IMG/VR virus record: IMGVR_UViG_3300037420_000377
Location: 1-33,654 of that record
Direction: 5' to 3' (one strand)
DNA: 33,654 nt
Origin: a virus
Taxonomy: Duplodnaviria > Caudoviricetes
How positions within the stretch are numbered: the first letter of the stretch is position 1; each line of letters starts with the position of its first letter. Made by a program: the position numbers and the translations under genes. The notes below the pieces were generated by a model. The model had not been told where the DNA came from and searched no databases. It saw nothing but the letters and a program-made list of their open reading frames with translations. Below are positions 21,495 to 30,669 of the stretch, piece after piece.

Positions 21495-22120
21495 GCTTCG
21501 TCCGCGGCGCTCTCTTCGTCGGCCAGCTCGTCGAGGAAGGCCTCAGCGGGCTTCACGGTGACTTCCGACTTCTGGGTCGGCTTGGCCTTGGTGTACTCGA
21601 GGACAGTGCGAGCGGCCTTGAGCTTCATGTCGGCGCTCTGGCTGCTTCGCATGATCCCAAGGACGGTCCCCATCGCTTCCTGGGCGCCTTCGTCCTCCGG
21701 GAGGACTCCTGCGTCTGCCATGATGTCGATCATCCTTTTCGTGTCTTCCTTCGCCATCTCTTGGACGACGAGGGCGTGTTTGACGGTCCACCCTTTCGGG
21801 AGTCTGGTTGGGACGCCCAGCTCGCGGCATTTCTCAATGCGGGCTAGTGCGGCCTTGCGGGCTCGGGCGGTACGCTCCTCGGGAGGAACGTCGTTGAGCC
21901 GCGGATTTCCCCCTCCGACGCGCTTGGGTGGTTCGGGAGGCAGCTGCGGCTTCTCAAGCGGCTCGCTGAGTGCCTGGGCCACCATGTCGGGGACCGTCTT
22001 CGGCTTGTTCTTCGAGCCCTTGGGTCGGCCCCTGCCCCGCTTGGGCTTCTGGGCCTCGAGGGCTTCCTTCAGCCACTTGGGCTTGTTCTTCGACCCCTTC
22101 GGGCGTCCGATCTTTGCCAC
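21491..22120 (-). CDS. terS: Terminase small subunit with two AT-hook-like GRPKGSKNKPK repeats
   Basis: Directly upstream of terL (ATGA overlap), AGGAG RBS, C-terminal KLKAARTVLEYTKAKP...AEAFL. Confidence 0.75.
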   Translation of the reverse strand: MAKIGRPKGSKNKPKWLKEALEAQKPKRGRGRPKGSKNKPKTVPDMVAQALSEPLEKPQLPPEPPKRVGGGNPRLNDVPPEERTARARKAALARIEKCRELGVPTRLPKGWTVKHALVVQEMAKEDTKRMIDIMADAGVLPEDEGAQEAMGTVLGIMRSSQSADMKLKAARTVLEYTKAKPTQKSEVTVKPAEAFLDELADEESAADEA

Positions 22121-22149
22121 GAGTAGCTCCTAGGTGAGCAGGAGGCGGG

Positions 22150-24552
22150 TTAGGCCCCCTGCTTCTTTTTCTTCTTGGTCTTTGGCTTCCCGGGGACAGT
22201 CTCGGTGTCGAGCTTGTCGTCCAGGTTCATGCCTTCATCGCGCAGCTCTCGGATCACGTTCTTGACGATACCGCCAGCGTAGGCGCCCATCGACTGGATC
22301 GGGTTGCCTTGGGCGTCGAGCCAGTTGAGAACCCCCGTGGGGAGCTTCTCGGGCGGGCCTTTCCACTTGGCGTCACGCTTGATCACGCCTTGGTCGGCCA
22401 GCTCGTTGATGCGGTCCATGATCTTGAGACCGGCCTTCGAGCCGCCTCGCATGAGGCTGTTCGGATCGGCCATGACGCGGCTGAGGTCTTCGGGCATCAA
22501 TTCGCCCTTCTTGACCATGTACAGCAGCGCCTGGTCCTGAACCGGCTGAGTGACGCCGGTCTGGGAGTAGATCAGGCCGCGATAGCCGTCCGAGGGGCGC
22601 TCGATGTTGCGCTCGACCCTGCGGGAGATCAGGTCGTTGTCCTGACGCACCTTCTGGGTCTGGGCCTGACGAGCGGCTGCAGCGCCTTTCGCTTGATCCT
22701 TGAGGTCGGACTGGATCCCGTACTTGATGGCGAGATTGTCCATCGCCTGACGGTATCCTGACGGGCTGATCTGCTCTCCGGCCTTCTCGTACAGGGGAAG
22801 ACGCTTGAGAGCCTTCGCCGCGGCATCCATGCGGGACTTGTTGATGTCGCCGCCCTTCAGCTTCAGCATGTTCGTGAGGACCGGGGGCGGACCTGGGATC
22901 AGGTCGAGGCCCTTGTTCCACGCCTTGCCGAGCATTCCGAGGTTCTGTCCGCCGTAAGCGGGGGTCAGGACGCGGGACGCCTGGAAGCGCATGATCGCCT
23001 GTCGGACTGCCTCAGCCTCGGGGCTCTTGCCCAGCCGGTTGAGTTCCGCAGGGGAGATGTCAGCCTTGCGCTGGAGCGCGGTTTGCAGCTCAGTCTTCAG
23101 TGACGTCGGAATATCCGGAGCCGCGGTGATCATCTTGTTGAGGCCCGCGAAGCCTTCCTTGCCGACGGCGTTGATTTGCTCGACCGTCAGGGGCGCACGT
23201 CCCTTCGGAGCGGCGCCTTTCGGGGCTTGGTCCTCGGCCAGTTTCGCCATGCCTCGGACCACATCGACCATGTGAGCGCCGTACGGGCTGTTCCGGACGT
23301 TCCGGACGAAGCGGGCGCGAGTGGACGGGACGTGTTCGAGGGCTTGCGGGCTGACCGCACCGCCACCAACGACCGCGCCGAGGATCGGGGCAATGTCGCT
23401 GTTGGGGAAGATGTCGCTCGCGGCCTGAGATCCTACGCCGCCGCCCACACCCATGCGGATGAGGTTCGCAGCGCCTTGCTCGAGGCCCGCACCGCCAGCA
23501 AGGGCGCTTGTGGCGCCTCCAGCGGCTGCGGCGAGATACTTGTCCAGGGCCGTCTTGGCCTTGCCGAAGTCGCCCGCGAGGGCGTCATATGACTGGTTGG
23601 CGAGGCCTGTGAGCTGGGGGCCCAAGGTCTTGCCGAGTCCGCCCGGGAGGAACGTGTTGAGCGCTCCTTCCCCAGCAGTGCCGAGAAGGTCGATTAGGCC
23701 CTGCCCACCGCCGCGGGCCACGACGGCTGCGACGTGACCGGGATTGGCATCGGGGCTCGGGGCCTGAGTGACTTCGCCGTTGAACGCGAAGTTGGCGTTC
23801 GGGCCGAAGCGTTTCTCCTCGCCCTGGCGGATCGAGAGGCCGTGCTTGGACAGCATCGCCTGAACGTCAGCCAGTGAGGCGCCGCTTTGGGCCATCCGCG
23901 CAGCTTCTTCGTTCGCCGCTTTGATCTCGGCGAGGCGTTCGGGGCTACGCTCGGCGGGCGCGGGCGCTGGGGCGTCCTGAGGCACCTCCATCGACGCTTC
24001 CTGAGGAGGCGATCCGGGGGTATCTGGGAGTGTGTCGCGTCCTGAGCGGGCCAGAATGGCGTTGGCGTAGGCGTGGGTCTTCGGTCCCCACTGCCGCTCG
24101 TCGGGTCCACCGTGATAGTACATCAGGGCTTTGCCGAGGTCGCCGTTGTACTTGGCTAGGCCCTCGTTGAAATAGGCCCTGCCGAGCTTGAGCTGGTAGT
24201 CGAGGCCCTCTGGGGACTTCGCGGTGAGCAGCTCCGGTCGCCACGGAAGGCCGAGCTTGTTGGCCATTTCACGGGCGGTGTCGGGGAGAGTCTGGGCGGC
24301 GCCGAGGGCATTGCCGTAAGGGGTGTCGGGGCCGACCGCACCGGCCTCGCCGTGGCTCTCGTGATGAACCAGCGAGCTGAAGACGTCGTTCGGATCCGAA
24401 GACCGCGGAGTCGGCGACGGGGAAGAGGCGTGACCCGCCGCCTTAACGATTTCCTGGATCTGCGCGTCCTGCTGATCGGGCGGGAGGCTTAGAAAGCTCT
24501 CGTCGACCTGGACCTTGCCGACGCCATCGATCTGAATGGTGCGTTCGGCCAT
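22150..24552 (-). CDS. Ejection/internal virion protein with lytic transglycosylase domain
   Basis: HES (catalytic Glu), ALGAAQTLPDTA, GRAYF...ALMYYHGGP SLT motifs in the N-terminal part. Confidence 0.85.
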   Translation of the reverse strand: MAERTIQIDGVGKVQVDESFLSLPPDQQDAQIQEIVKAAGHASSPSPTPRSSDPNDVFSSLVHHESHGEAGAVGPDTPYGNALGAAQTLPDTAREMANKLGLPWRPELLTAKSPEGLDYQLKLGRAYFNEGLAKYNGDLGKALMYYHGGPDERQWGPKTHAYANAILARSGRDTLPDTPGSPPQEASMEVPQDAPAPAPAERSPERLAEIKAANEEAARMAQSGASLADVQAMLSKHGLSIRQGEEKRFGPNANFAFNGEVTQAPSPDANPGHVAAVVARGGGQGLIDLLGTAGEGALNTFLPGGLGKTLGPQLTGLANQSYDALAGDFGKAKTALDKYLAAAAGGATSALAGGAGLEQGAANLIRMGVGGGVGSQAASDIFPNSDIAPILGAVVGGGAVSPQALEHVPSTRARFVRNVRNSPYGAHMVDVVRGMAKLAEDQAPKGAAPKGRAPLTVEQINAVGKEGFAGLNKMITAAPDIPTSLKTELQTALQRKADISPAELNRLGKSPEAEAVRQAIMRFQASRVLTPAYGGQNLGMLGKAWNKGLDLIPGPPPVLTNMLKLKGGDINKSRMDAAAKALKRLPLYEKAGEQISPSGYRQAMDNLAIKYGIQSDLKDQAKGAAAARQAQTQKVRQDNDLISRRVERNIERPSDGYRGLIYSQTGVTQPVQDQALLYMVKKGELMPEDLSRVMADPNSLMRGGSKAGLKIMDRINELADQGVIKRDAKWKGPPEKLPTGVLNWLDAQGNPIQSMGAYAGGIVKNVIRELRDEGMNLDDKLDTETVPGKPKTKKKKKQGA

Positions 24553-24562
24553 GTGGGTTCCT

Positions 24563-25672
24563 TTAGTCTACGATGCGCCACTTGACGCCATGTGAGGTCA
24601 CGCCTTCGCGGGCCTGGCGCCCTGTTTGGGCTGCGGTGCCGCGGCGCGATTGGCCTTCTTGCAGTCGCTTTAGTTCAGCGTCCGAGAAGCCGATCATCTC
24701 GTCGATGGCCTTGTTGAACGAGCTGCTGCCCATATCGAGGCTGGGCTGCGCCGCATTGGCCATCTGGCGCTCGTAGTTCGAGACCTGGCCCTGGCCTTGG
24801 AAGGCCTTCGAGCCGAAGACGCGGATGTTCGCGATGATCTGCTCGGCTTCTCGCTTGGCGTCCGGATCGATGCCTGTGACGGCACCGGCTTCGGGGACGA
24901 CGCTCGTGAGTGCTCGCATGGCTTTGTTGCCCATGCCGAGGCCGAGGCCTATCTTGCCGGAGTTAGCCAGCTCCTTCAGCCGGAGCAGCTTCTCGCGCAT
25001 CAGGTTGGCCTGGTTGACTTGGCCTGGGATCTCGGCGTCCGCCTTGCCCTGAGCTTCGAGGAAAGACTTGGTGTAGGGGTCACGGGGACCCATCGCGTCG
25101 ATCTCTTGCTGCCTCAGGCCGACATCCTGGCTGTGCATTCCCTCCTGCGAGGCGATCTGCGCGGCCTGACGGCGATCCGAGGCCGCGATCATGGCCGCGG
25201 TGCGGTCCATCTGGGCGTCGTTGTTCGCAGCCATCCGGTCGGCGATTGCCTGGGCTTGCTGCTTCTGTAGAGCTTGCTTCCCGGCGAAGGCGATCATCGC
25301 CTGTTGCGTCTGGTAGTCCTGGATCGGCTGATTGGGCACGAGCCGCGTCGAGCCGTCCGGGGACTGCTCGTACGTGAAGGCGCCATCGGCCAGCATCTTG
25401 CGCTCGGGGTTCTCCCATGCGTGGCGAGCGGCCTGAGCGCCCTGGGCGCCCTTGGCGAGGCCGTCGAGGAAGCCGTTGCCTGAGAGAAGGCCCGCGCCGA
25501 ACGCGAGCAAGGCGTCTGACTTCCACGGCTGCAGGATGTTCATCGCTGCGCGGCCTGAGGGAACGGAACCGGTGTCGGGCTTCGGGAAGCTGACCGGCAT
25601 CTCGTCGAGGGGCTGAGGCGGATCCTTCGGAATGACACCGAGTTCGATCAGCTGAGTGAGATCGAGTGCCAT
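24563..25672 (-). CDS. Ejection/internal virion protein
   Basis: Gln/Ala/Gly-rich helical protein, ALLAFGAGLLSG hydrophobic patch, GQVSNYE motif, synteny. Confidence 0.7.
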   Translation of the reverse strand: MALDLTQLIELGVIPKDPPQPLDEMPVSFPKPDTGSVPSGRAAMNILQPWKSDALLAFGAGLLSGNGFLDGLAKGAQGAQAARHAWENPERKMLADGAFTYEQSPDGSTRLVPNQPIQDYQTQQAMIAFAGKQALQKQQAQAIADRMAANNDAQMDRTAAMIAASDRRQAAQIASQEGMHSQDVGLRQQEIDAMGPRDPYTKSFLEAQGKADAEIPGQVNQANLMREKLLRLKELANSGKIGLGLGMGNKAMRALTSVVPEAGAVTGIDPDAKREAEQIIANIRVFGSKAFQGQGQVSNYERQMANAAQPSLDMGSSSFNKAIDEMIGFSDAELKRLQEGQSRRGTAAQTGRQAREGVTSHGVKWRIVD

Positions 25673-25675
25673 TGA

Positions 25676-26686
25676 TTAGCCTCCTGGCTTGAAGAGTCCG
25701 AACGCTCCGGGGAACGCGCCGCCTGTGCCGAACATTGCGCCCGCCGCCATTCCGGCGCCGAGAAGCCCGCCGAGAAGGCCCGGGCCGCCGCCGCTCGTCT
25801 TCTGGGTCTGGGTGCCGCCCCAATTGTTGGAGCCGACGATCCCGTAGTACTGGTTGAGCAGATTCATGTCGCGGGTGTCGTTGCCCATCCAGCGAGCCAG
25901 CTCAGAGTCGTAGTAGTCTTGGAGATCCTGCTCCTTGATCTGGCCAGCCTGGATCATGGCGTTCAGGTTCCCCATCGTCATGGCGTTGGAGCCCATGAGG
26001 CCCTCGTAGCCCATGCCGATGCCGGAGCCGTACATGCCGGGGATCATGCCCATCGCGCCGAGGTTCGTACCGCGGGCGCTTTCGGCAAGGCCGAGGCCAC
26101 GGGCCCAGGCGTCACCACGCATGTTCGCCGCTGCGTCGGCCATCGCCTCTTCAGCACCGCGGGCAGCGATGCCTTCAGCCACGCCAGCGCGGCTCGAGTT
26201 GATGTTGCCGGTCGCGGTCGCGGCGCGGTCAATCGACGGCATCACGTTTTCGGTGAGGTTCCGACGAATGTCGCGGCCTACTGCGTCGATCTGGCCCTGG
26301 AGGTACGGATTGTCGGCGTACGCGCCCGCGGCGTTGATGTTCGCCTGGGTCGGATCGGCTGAGGCCATGTCGCCGAAGGCGCCGATGGACTTGAGGAACT
26401 GGGCCGCGGAGCCCGACAGGAGGTCATTTGCGGACCCGCCCATCGCACCGGCATATTCCGCACCGGTACCGCCCACGTAGTCACCGATGGCGCCAATGCC
26501 TTGCTCTGTAAGAGGATCAAGACGAGCGGACAGCGGCCCTTCATACCACGGGGTGCCGACCTTCGAATCGAAGATCGACTGCGCGGAGTCGAAGATGTGC
26601 TGGAGCTGCTGTGCCTGGGGGTCCCAGGGTTTGCTCGTCGTGGTCGTCTTCTGAGCGCCTCCGAAGAGGGTACTCATAAGACCCAT
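25676..26686 (-). CDS. Ejection/DNA pilot-like protein
   Basis: Gly/Ala-rich, TTTSKPW start, NPYL, INSSRAGVAEG, hydrophobic Gly-rich C-terminus. Confidence 0.72.
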   Translation of the reverse strand: MGLMSTLFGGAQKTTTTSKPWDPQAQQLQHIFDSAQSIFDSKVGTPWYEGPLSARLDPLTEQGIGAIGDYVGGTGAEYAGAMGGSANDLLSGSAAQFLKSIGAFGDMASADPTQANINAAGAYADNPYLQGQIDAVGRDIRRNLTENVMPSIDRAATATGNINSSRAGVAEGIAARGAEEAMADAAANMRGDAWARGLGLAESARGTNLGAMGMIPGMYGSGIGMGYEGLMGSNAMTMGNLNAMIQAGQIKEQDLQDYYDSELARWMGNDTRDMNLLNQYYGIVGSNNWGGTQTQKTSGGGPGLLGGLLGAGMAAGAMFGTGGAFPGAFGLFKPGG

Positions 26687-26711
26687 TTGAGGGATTCCTT
26701 GATGTCGGAGT

Positions 26712-27362
26712 TTAGAGGCCCGCTACGTCGATCAGGCCGAAGGTTCCTTGGTTGACGACGTTCGTGCCGCCACCGGAGCTGATTATGTTGTCGAACCTCT
26801 GTCCCATGAGGTCATTCCCGGACCAGTAGAAACCAAAGGTCCCGATGGTGATCTGACCCGCGCTCGGATGGTCGATATCCATGAACCACGGGAAGATGAT
26901 CGGAGCGAGAGCGTACGTGGCGCCCGCGGGCTTTGCTCCGGACACGGCGACAAAGGCCCCGCTCGGGGGATGGACTGCGCCACCGCCGCTGATCGAGGTA
27001 ACGATCTCGCCTTTGGGCTTCATGTACCGTTGTTCGCTATCGAACGCGATCAATCCGGCGCTGGTGAACACCTGGAGTCCTGCCCCGTGCAGAGGAGGCG
27101 TGGGAGGGACATCGAACAGGTAGTAGGTCACGGTCCCACTGGTGTAGATCGTGTACGTGTACGTGCTGCCACTTACCGAGACGGACCAAATGGCCCCGAG
27201 ATTGTCTCCCCCGAGGGCCAGAACCGGTGTCGTGCGGTTGCTCAGGACCAGGGTCGCCGGGTTGCCACTGACTGTGCCCTTCTGAATGAAGGCGAGGTTC
27301 CGGAAGGTCTCGTCGATCTGGAGGACGCTTGAGGGGCCAATTACCTGAAGACCGGCTGTCAT
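26712..27362 (-). CDS. Tail-tip associated protein, candidate receptor-binding protein
   Basis: Two GLQV...D repeats (MTAGLQVIG..., GAGLQVFTSAGLIAFDS), beta-rich; resembles genes that follow gpJ-like tips. Confidence 0.65.
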   Translation of the reverse strand: MTAGLQVIGPSSVLQIDETFRNLAFIQKGTVSGNPATLVLSNRTTPVLALGGDNLGAIWSVSVSGSTYTYTIYTSGTVTYYLFDVPPTPPLHGAGLQVFTSAGLIAFDSEQRYMKPKGEIVTSISGGGAVHPPSGAFVAVSGAKPAGATYALAPIIFPWFMDIDHPSAGQITIGTFGFYWSGNDLMGQRFDNIISSGGGTNVVNQGTFGLIDVAGL

Positions 27363-27560
27363 TTAGTACAATCCGTAGAACTCTTTGTAGGTGAGTCCCG
27401 CCTGGGGGTTCGTCATGTTCAGCGGGATGCGGCAGCGCCACACTTGCTCGCTTCCGGTCGGCGTCGGGGCCGTCGTCCCGGTGATGCGGGCGATCCGCAT
27501 GCTCGTGGTGTCGAGTACGAGGTTCCCGTCGGCGTCCCAGACTTGAAGCCCTGCAGCCAT
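27363..27560 (-). CDS. Small tail-tip associated protein
   Basis: MAAGLQVWDADGNLVLD...YGLY; abuts both neighbours. Confidence 0.65.
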   Translation of the reverse strand: MAAGLQVWDADGNLVLDTTSMRIARITGTTAPTPTGSEQVWRCRIPLNMTNPQAGLTYKEFYGLY

Positions 27561-28724
27561 TTACCAGACTCCCAGGCGGACGCGCTTCACGTTGGAAGCG
27601 TCGTAGCACTCAATGAGGTTGTCCTTGATCTCGACGCGGGCGCCGGTCGTCGCTGTGCGGAGCGTTCCGATGGTCGCTGTGATCGCCGACAGCGTGGCGA
27701 CGTTCAGAGCCGTTGGGCTGACCGAATCCGCCTTCAGCTCGGTGCCGTTGATCTTCACTTGGCCCCCGACGACCTCAAACGGGGCGACGGAGTCGGCGTT
27801 GGAGGGGTTCACGACCGCGAACCGGTCTGCGGAGACGATAAACTCGCCGCTGCTGCCGTTGTTGTTGAGGACCCAGCCCGTCACGTAGCCGTTCACGTCG
27901 AGCTGGACGCCCGCTTTGGCCTGGAGGCCGTTAACGGACGACTGAATGGACGTGATCGTGGCCGTGTGACCCGATACGGTCGTCGAGAGGGTCGAAACGT
28001 CTGACGCAATGGCGCTGTCGGCGTCAATTCGGGCCGTTTGCTCCGAGGTGATCGCCGCGGTGTTGCCGTTTACGGTCGCCGTGAGGGCCGTAATGTCCGC
28101 CGCAAGGGCGCTATCCGCGTCGATGCGGGCCGTTTGCTCGCTAACGATCAACGCCGAGTTCGTGGGGATGCGTCCGTCGGTGTTGTCGACCCAGGACGAC
28201 GTCGCCGCGTCGTAAATGTACGGGTGATTGTCGGCGCCAGTGTCGTACCAGAGGTCTCCGTCCTTCAGAGGGCGGTCGACGGTCCCTGTGGGCTCGGTGT
28301 CCTGCCGGAAAACTGCGGATCCGGCGGTCGCGGCGACCACAGTGATCTGATCGGCGAGCGCGGAGTCCCCGTCAGCTCGAGCGACCTGTTCCGCGGTGAT
28401 CGCGGCCTCGAGGGCGCTGTCTGCATCCTGGAAATCGGCAATGACGGTGTTGATCTGATCGGCGAGGGCTTCGTCTTCGGCAGCGCGAACGGTCTGTTCG
28501 GTGGTGATCGCTGCGTTGATGTCCTCGCCGACCTGGATCGAGAGTTCCTCGACCTGTTTCTTGGTGTTGGCGTCGGTCGCGACCGCCATGTTCTCCATCG
28601 AGTTCTGGACCTTCTCGAACTCGTCTTCGACATACATGCCGATACTGTCGGGGAGAGCAGGACGGATCCCCCGGACGTACCTGGGGTAGTCGAGGGGATT
28701 CTTTTGAGTCGATGGATTGGTCAT
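27561..28724 (-). CDS. Tail needle-like coiled coil fused to a gpJ/DUF1983-like tip domain
   Basis: Four I..EQ.AR..D.ALA repeats, DGDLWYDT, then VQLDVNGYVTG...FIVSADRFAVV and C-terminal RVRLGVW. Confidence 0.72.
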   Translation of the reverse strand: MTNPSTQKNPLDYPRYVRGIRPALPDSIGMYVEDEFEKVQNSMENMAVATDANTKKQVEELSIQVGEDINAAITTEQTVRAAEDEALADQINTVIADFQDADSALEAAITAEQVARADGDSALADQITVVAATAGSAVFRQDTEPTGTVDRPLKDGDLWYDTGADNHPYIYDAATSSWVDNTDGRIPTNSALIVSEQTARIDADSALAADITALTATVNGNTAAITSEQTARIDADSAIASDVSTLSTTVSGHTATITSIQSSVNGLQAKAGVQLDVNGYVTGWVLNNNGSSGEFIVSADRFAVVNPSNADSVAPFEVVGGQVKINGTELKADSVSPTALNVATLSAITATIGTLRTATTGARVEIKDNLIECYDASNVKRVRLGVW

Positions 28725-28727
28725 GGA

Positions 28728-30359
28728 TTAGCCTCGTCGGCCTCGGGCCTTGATGTCCGCGTCGATGCCGCTGAAGTCGAAATCGCCCAGGCCGTCGTAG
28801 TAGAGGCGGTAGGCGAGATAGCGGCCAGCGATACGGCCCGTGTCGACCTTCGAAGTGGTGCGGGGATCAAACTCCATTTGGGCGCCCCAGACGGGCTGCT
28901 GGCCGACGATGTCGGTAGCGCCGAACTGGAAGCGGACTGGCTGGTCACCCTCGAGCCCGAGCTGCGGGTAGATCGTGTGGATCACCTTGTAGTAGGGGAG
29001 CGGGACGCCCTCCTCGTCGAGATCCAGGCCGATGCGCTCAATGAACACGGGCTTGGTCGCCTCAGGGCAGACGGGCTTGTTAAGGCGACCGCCGACCACG
29101 AGATCCAGGCCGACCAGTCGCGAGGCCGTGAGGCCCTGCGTGGTGTCGATCCGGCTCGTGAACAGCGAGTGCTGCTCGAGATCGTCGTCAACGCCCTTGT
29201 AGGTGCCGCCGTACTCCTCCCAGGTGACGTCCGGAGCGGTCGTCCATGACTCGCCGGTCGGGATGTTCGACAGGCAGTGCCCGGTGACGTTGGGGAGGTC
29301 GTAGTAGGACCAGGTGTCGTTCACGTAGTTGTAGACCGCGGCGCGGTTGCAGCCGGTCGTCGGGTTCTGGAAGCCCACCAGGCGGTCGCCCGAGGGGTAG
29401 CAGAAGTGGATCTCGTTCAGGTGCGGGTGGTGCGCCACGAAGCAGAGGTGCTGGAGGTCGAAGATCAGCGAGTTGAAGATCTCGTCCTTGACCTTGCCGT
29501 GGGCAATCGAGCGCTTCGTGGAGCCGTCATGGACGTAGATGTCCGTGCGGTCGAACACGTAGTGCAGCGAGTCCACCTGGACGACGCAATTCTGGTTGAT
29601 GATCCCGCAGCGGTCGTAGAGCTTGCGGAACTGGAAGAGGAAGTTGCCGCCGATGTAGGACATCAGCCACACTTCGTTCTCGCAGTAGAGGATGAAGTAG
29701 TCGCGCAGGGACAGGCCGTCGATCAGCCGCGAGCGCATCTCGTTGACGATATTCTCGCCCGCGCTCTTGGTCGTGTCCGCGATGTCCCAGGAGTTCGGAG
29801 GACCGCCGAATTGGGCGATGTCCGACCACTTGACCATCGTCGGGTACTCGGTGCCCGCCTTGGACACGTTCATCGCGACGAGGAAGTCCTTGTAGGATCG
29901 CAGTGAGCCACAGCGCCACCCGGAGTCCCAGGCCGTGAGGGGCTCGAACTGGGCGTCGTTGGGGCGCTTCTGGAGCGGTACGCCGTCCTTACGATTGAGG
30001 TAGGCGACGGACCCTAGGAACGTGTTCGTCCACGGGTTCGTAGAGGTCGCGATAGTGGGGCTCGCGGGCGAGATGTCCACAGGGGCTGACCCGGAGAGCG
30101 ACAGGATCTCGGAGCCATCCGCGGCGACAGCAACGATCTGGTCGTCGCCTTCAACCACTGGAGGAATGGCGAAGCAGAACCCGGGCTCGAACCCAGCGTC
30201 ATACGCAAGTACCTCTCGCCACAGCGGGCCGCGGGCGATCTTGGCGTTCTCGAAGCGGACGTTCACGCCAGCCGAGAGGGCATTGGGCGGGAGATCGTAC
30301 GGGTGGAGGTCCGAGATGATCCCTTCCCCGCCCAGTTGTCGAACAGGGAGGTTGGACAT
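28728..30359 (-). CDS. Tail nozzle / DNA-stabilisation beta-propeller protein
   Basis: GIISDLHPYDLP...NVRF, YPTMVKWSD, AVYNY..DTWS, GRYLAYR; 543 aa, beta-rich. Confidence 0.82.
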   Translation of the reverse strand: MSNLPVRQLGGEGIISDLHPYDLPPNALSAGVNVRFENAKIARGPLWREVLAYDAGFEPGFCFAIPPVVEGDDQIVAVAADGSEILSLSGSAPVDISPASPTIATSTNPWTNTFLGSVAYLNRKDGVPLQKRPNDAQFEPLTAWDSGWRCGSLRSYKDFLVAMNVSKAGTEYPTMVKWSDIAQFGGPPNSWDIADTTKSAGENIVNEMRSRLIDGLSLRDYFILYCENEVWLMSYIGGNFLFQFRKLYDRCGIINQNCVVQVDSLHYVFDRTDIYVHDGSTKRSIAHGKVKDEIFNSLIFDLQHLCFVAHHPHLNEIHFCYPSGDRLVGFQNPTTGCNRAAVYNYVNDTWSYYDLPNVTGHCLSNIPTGESWTTAPDVTWEEYGGTYKGVDDDLEQHSLFTSRIDTTQGLTASRLVGLDLVVGGRLNKPVCPEATKPVFIERIGLDLDEEGVPLPYYKVIHTIYPQLGLEGDQPVRFQFGATDIVGQQPVWGAQMEFDPRTTSKVDTGRIAGRYLAYRLYYDGLGDFDFSGIDADIKARGRRG

Positions 30360-30366
30360 CGTTATA

Positions 30367-30573
30367 TTACCATTCGTCGTCGCGACCGAAGCCGATGGGA
30401 TTGGGAAGCCAGGTGATCATGTCCCCGTTGGCGTCCAGGATTCCGGTGTCGACCGGGCCATGCTCGTCGACCGTGAGGCCATTGAGCAGGAGCGGGTAAG
30501 GCTCGTCCCAGTCACACCTCGGCGATATCGTCGCAGTGGAGGTCAGCTTCCTCGTGCCGTAGCGTCGGGCCAT
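30367..30573 (-). CDS. Small hypothetical protein
   Basis: 68 aa, VDTGILDANG...PIGF. Confidence 0.65.
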   Translation of the reverse strand: MARRYGTRKLTSTATISPRCDWDEPYPLLLNGLTVDEHGPVDTGILDANGDMITWLPNPIGFGRDDEW

Positions 30574-30664
30574 AGCGAAACTTCTCTTTGATCTTCGCGT
30601 GGACGGTCTTCACGAGGCTCGACAGGTCCCCTCGGTCAGCGATGCGCCGAATGGGGATCAGCAT
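30512..30664 (-). CDS. Possible 50-aa hypothetical protein
   Basis: Hand translation MLIPIRRIADRGDLSSLVKTVHAKIKEKFRYG...; fills the gap after the collar gene, weak RBS. Confidence 0.35.
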   Translation of the reverse strand: MLIPIRRIADRGDLSSLVKTVHAKIKEKFRYGPTLRHEEADLHCDDIAEV

Positions 30665-30669
30665 GACCG

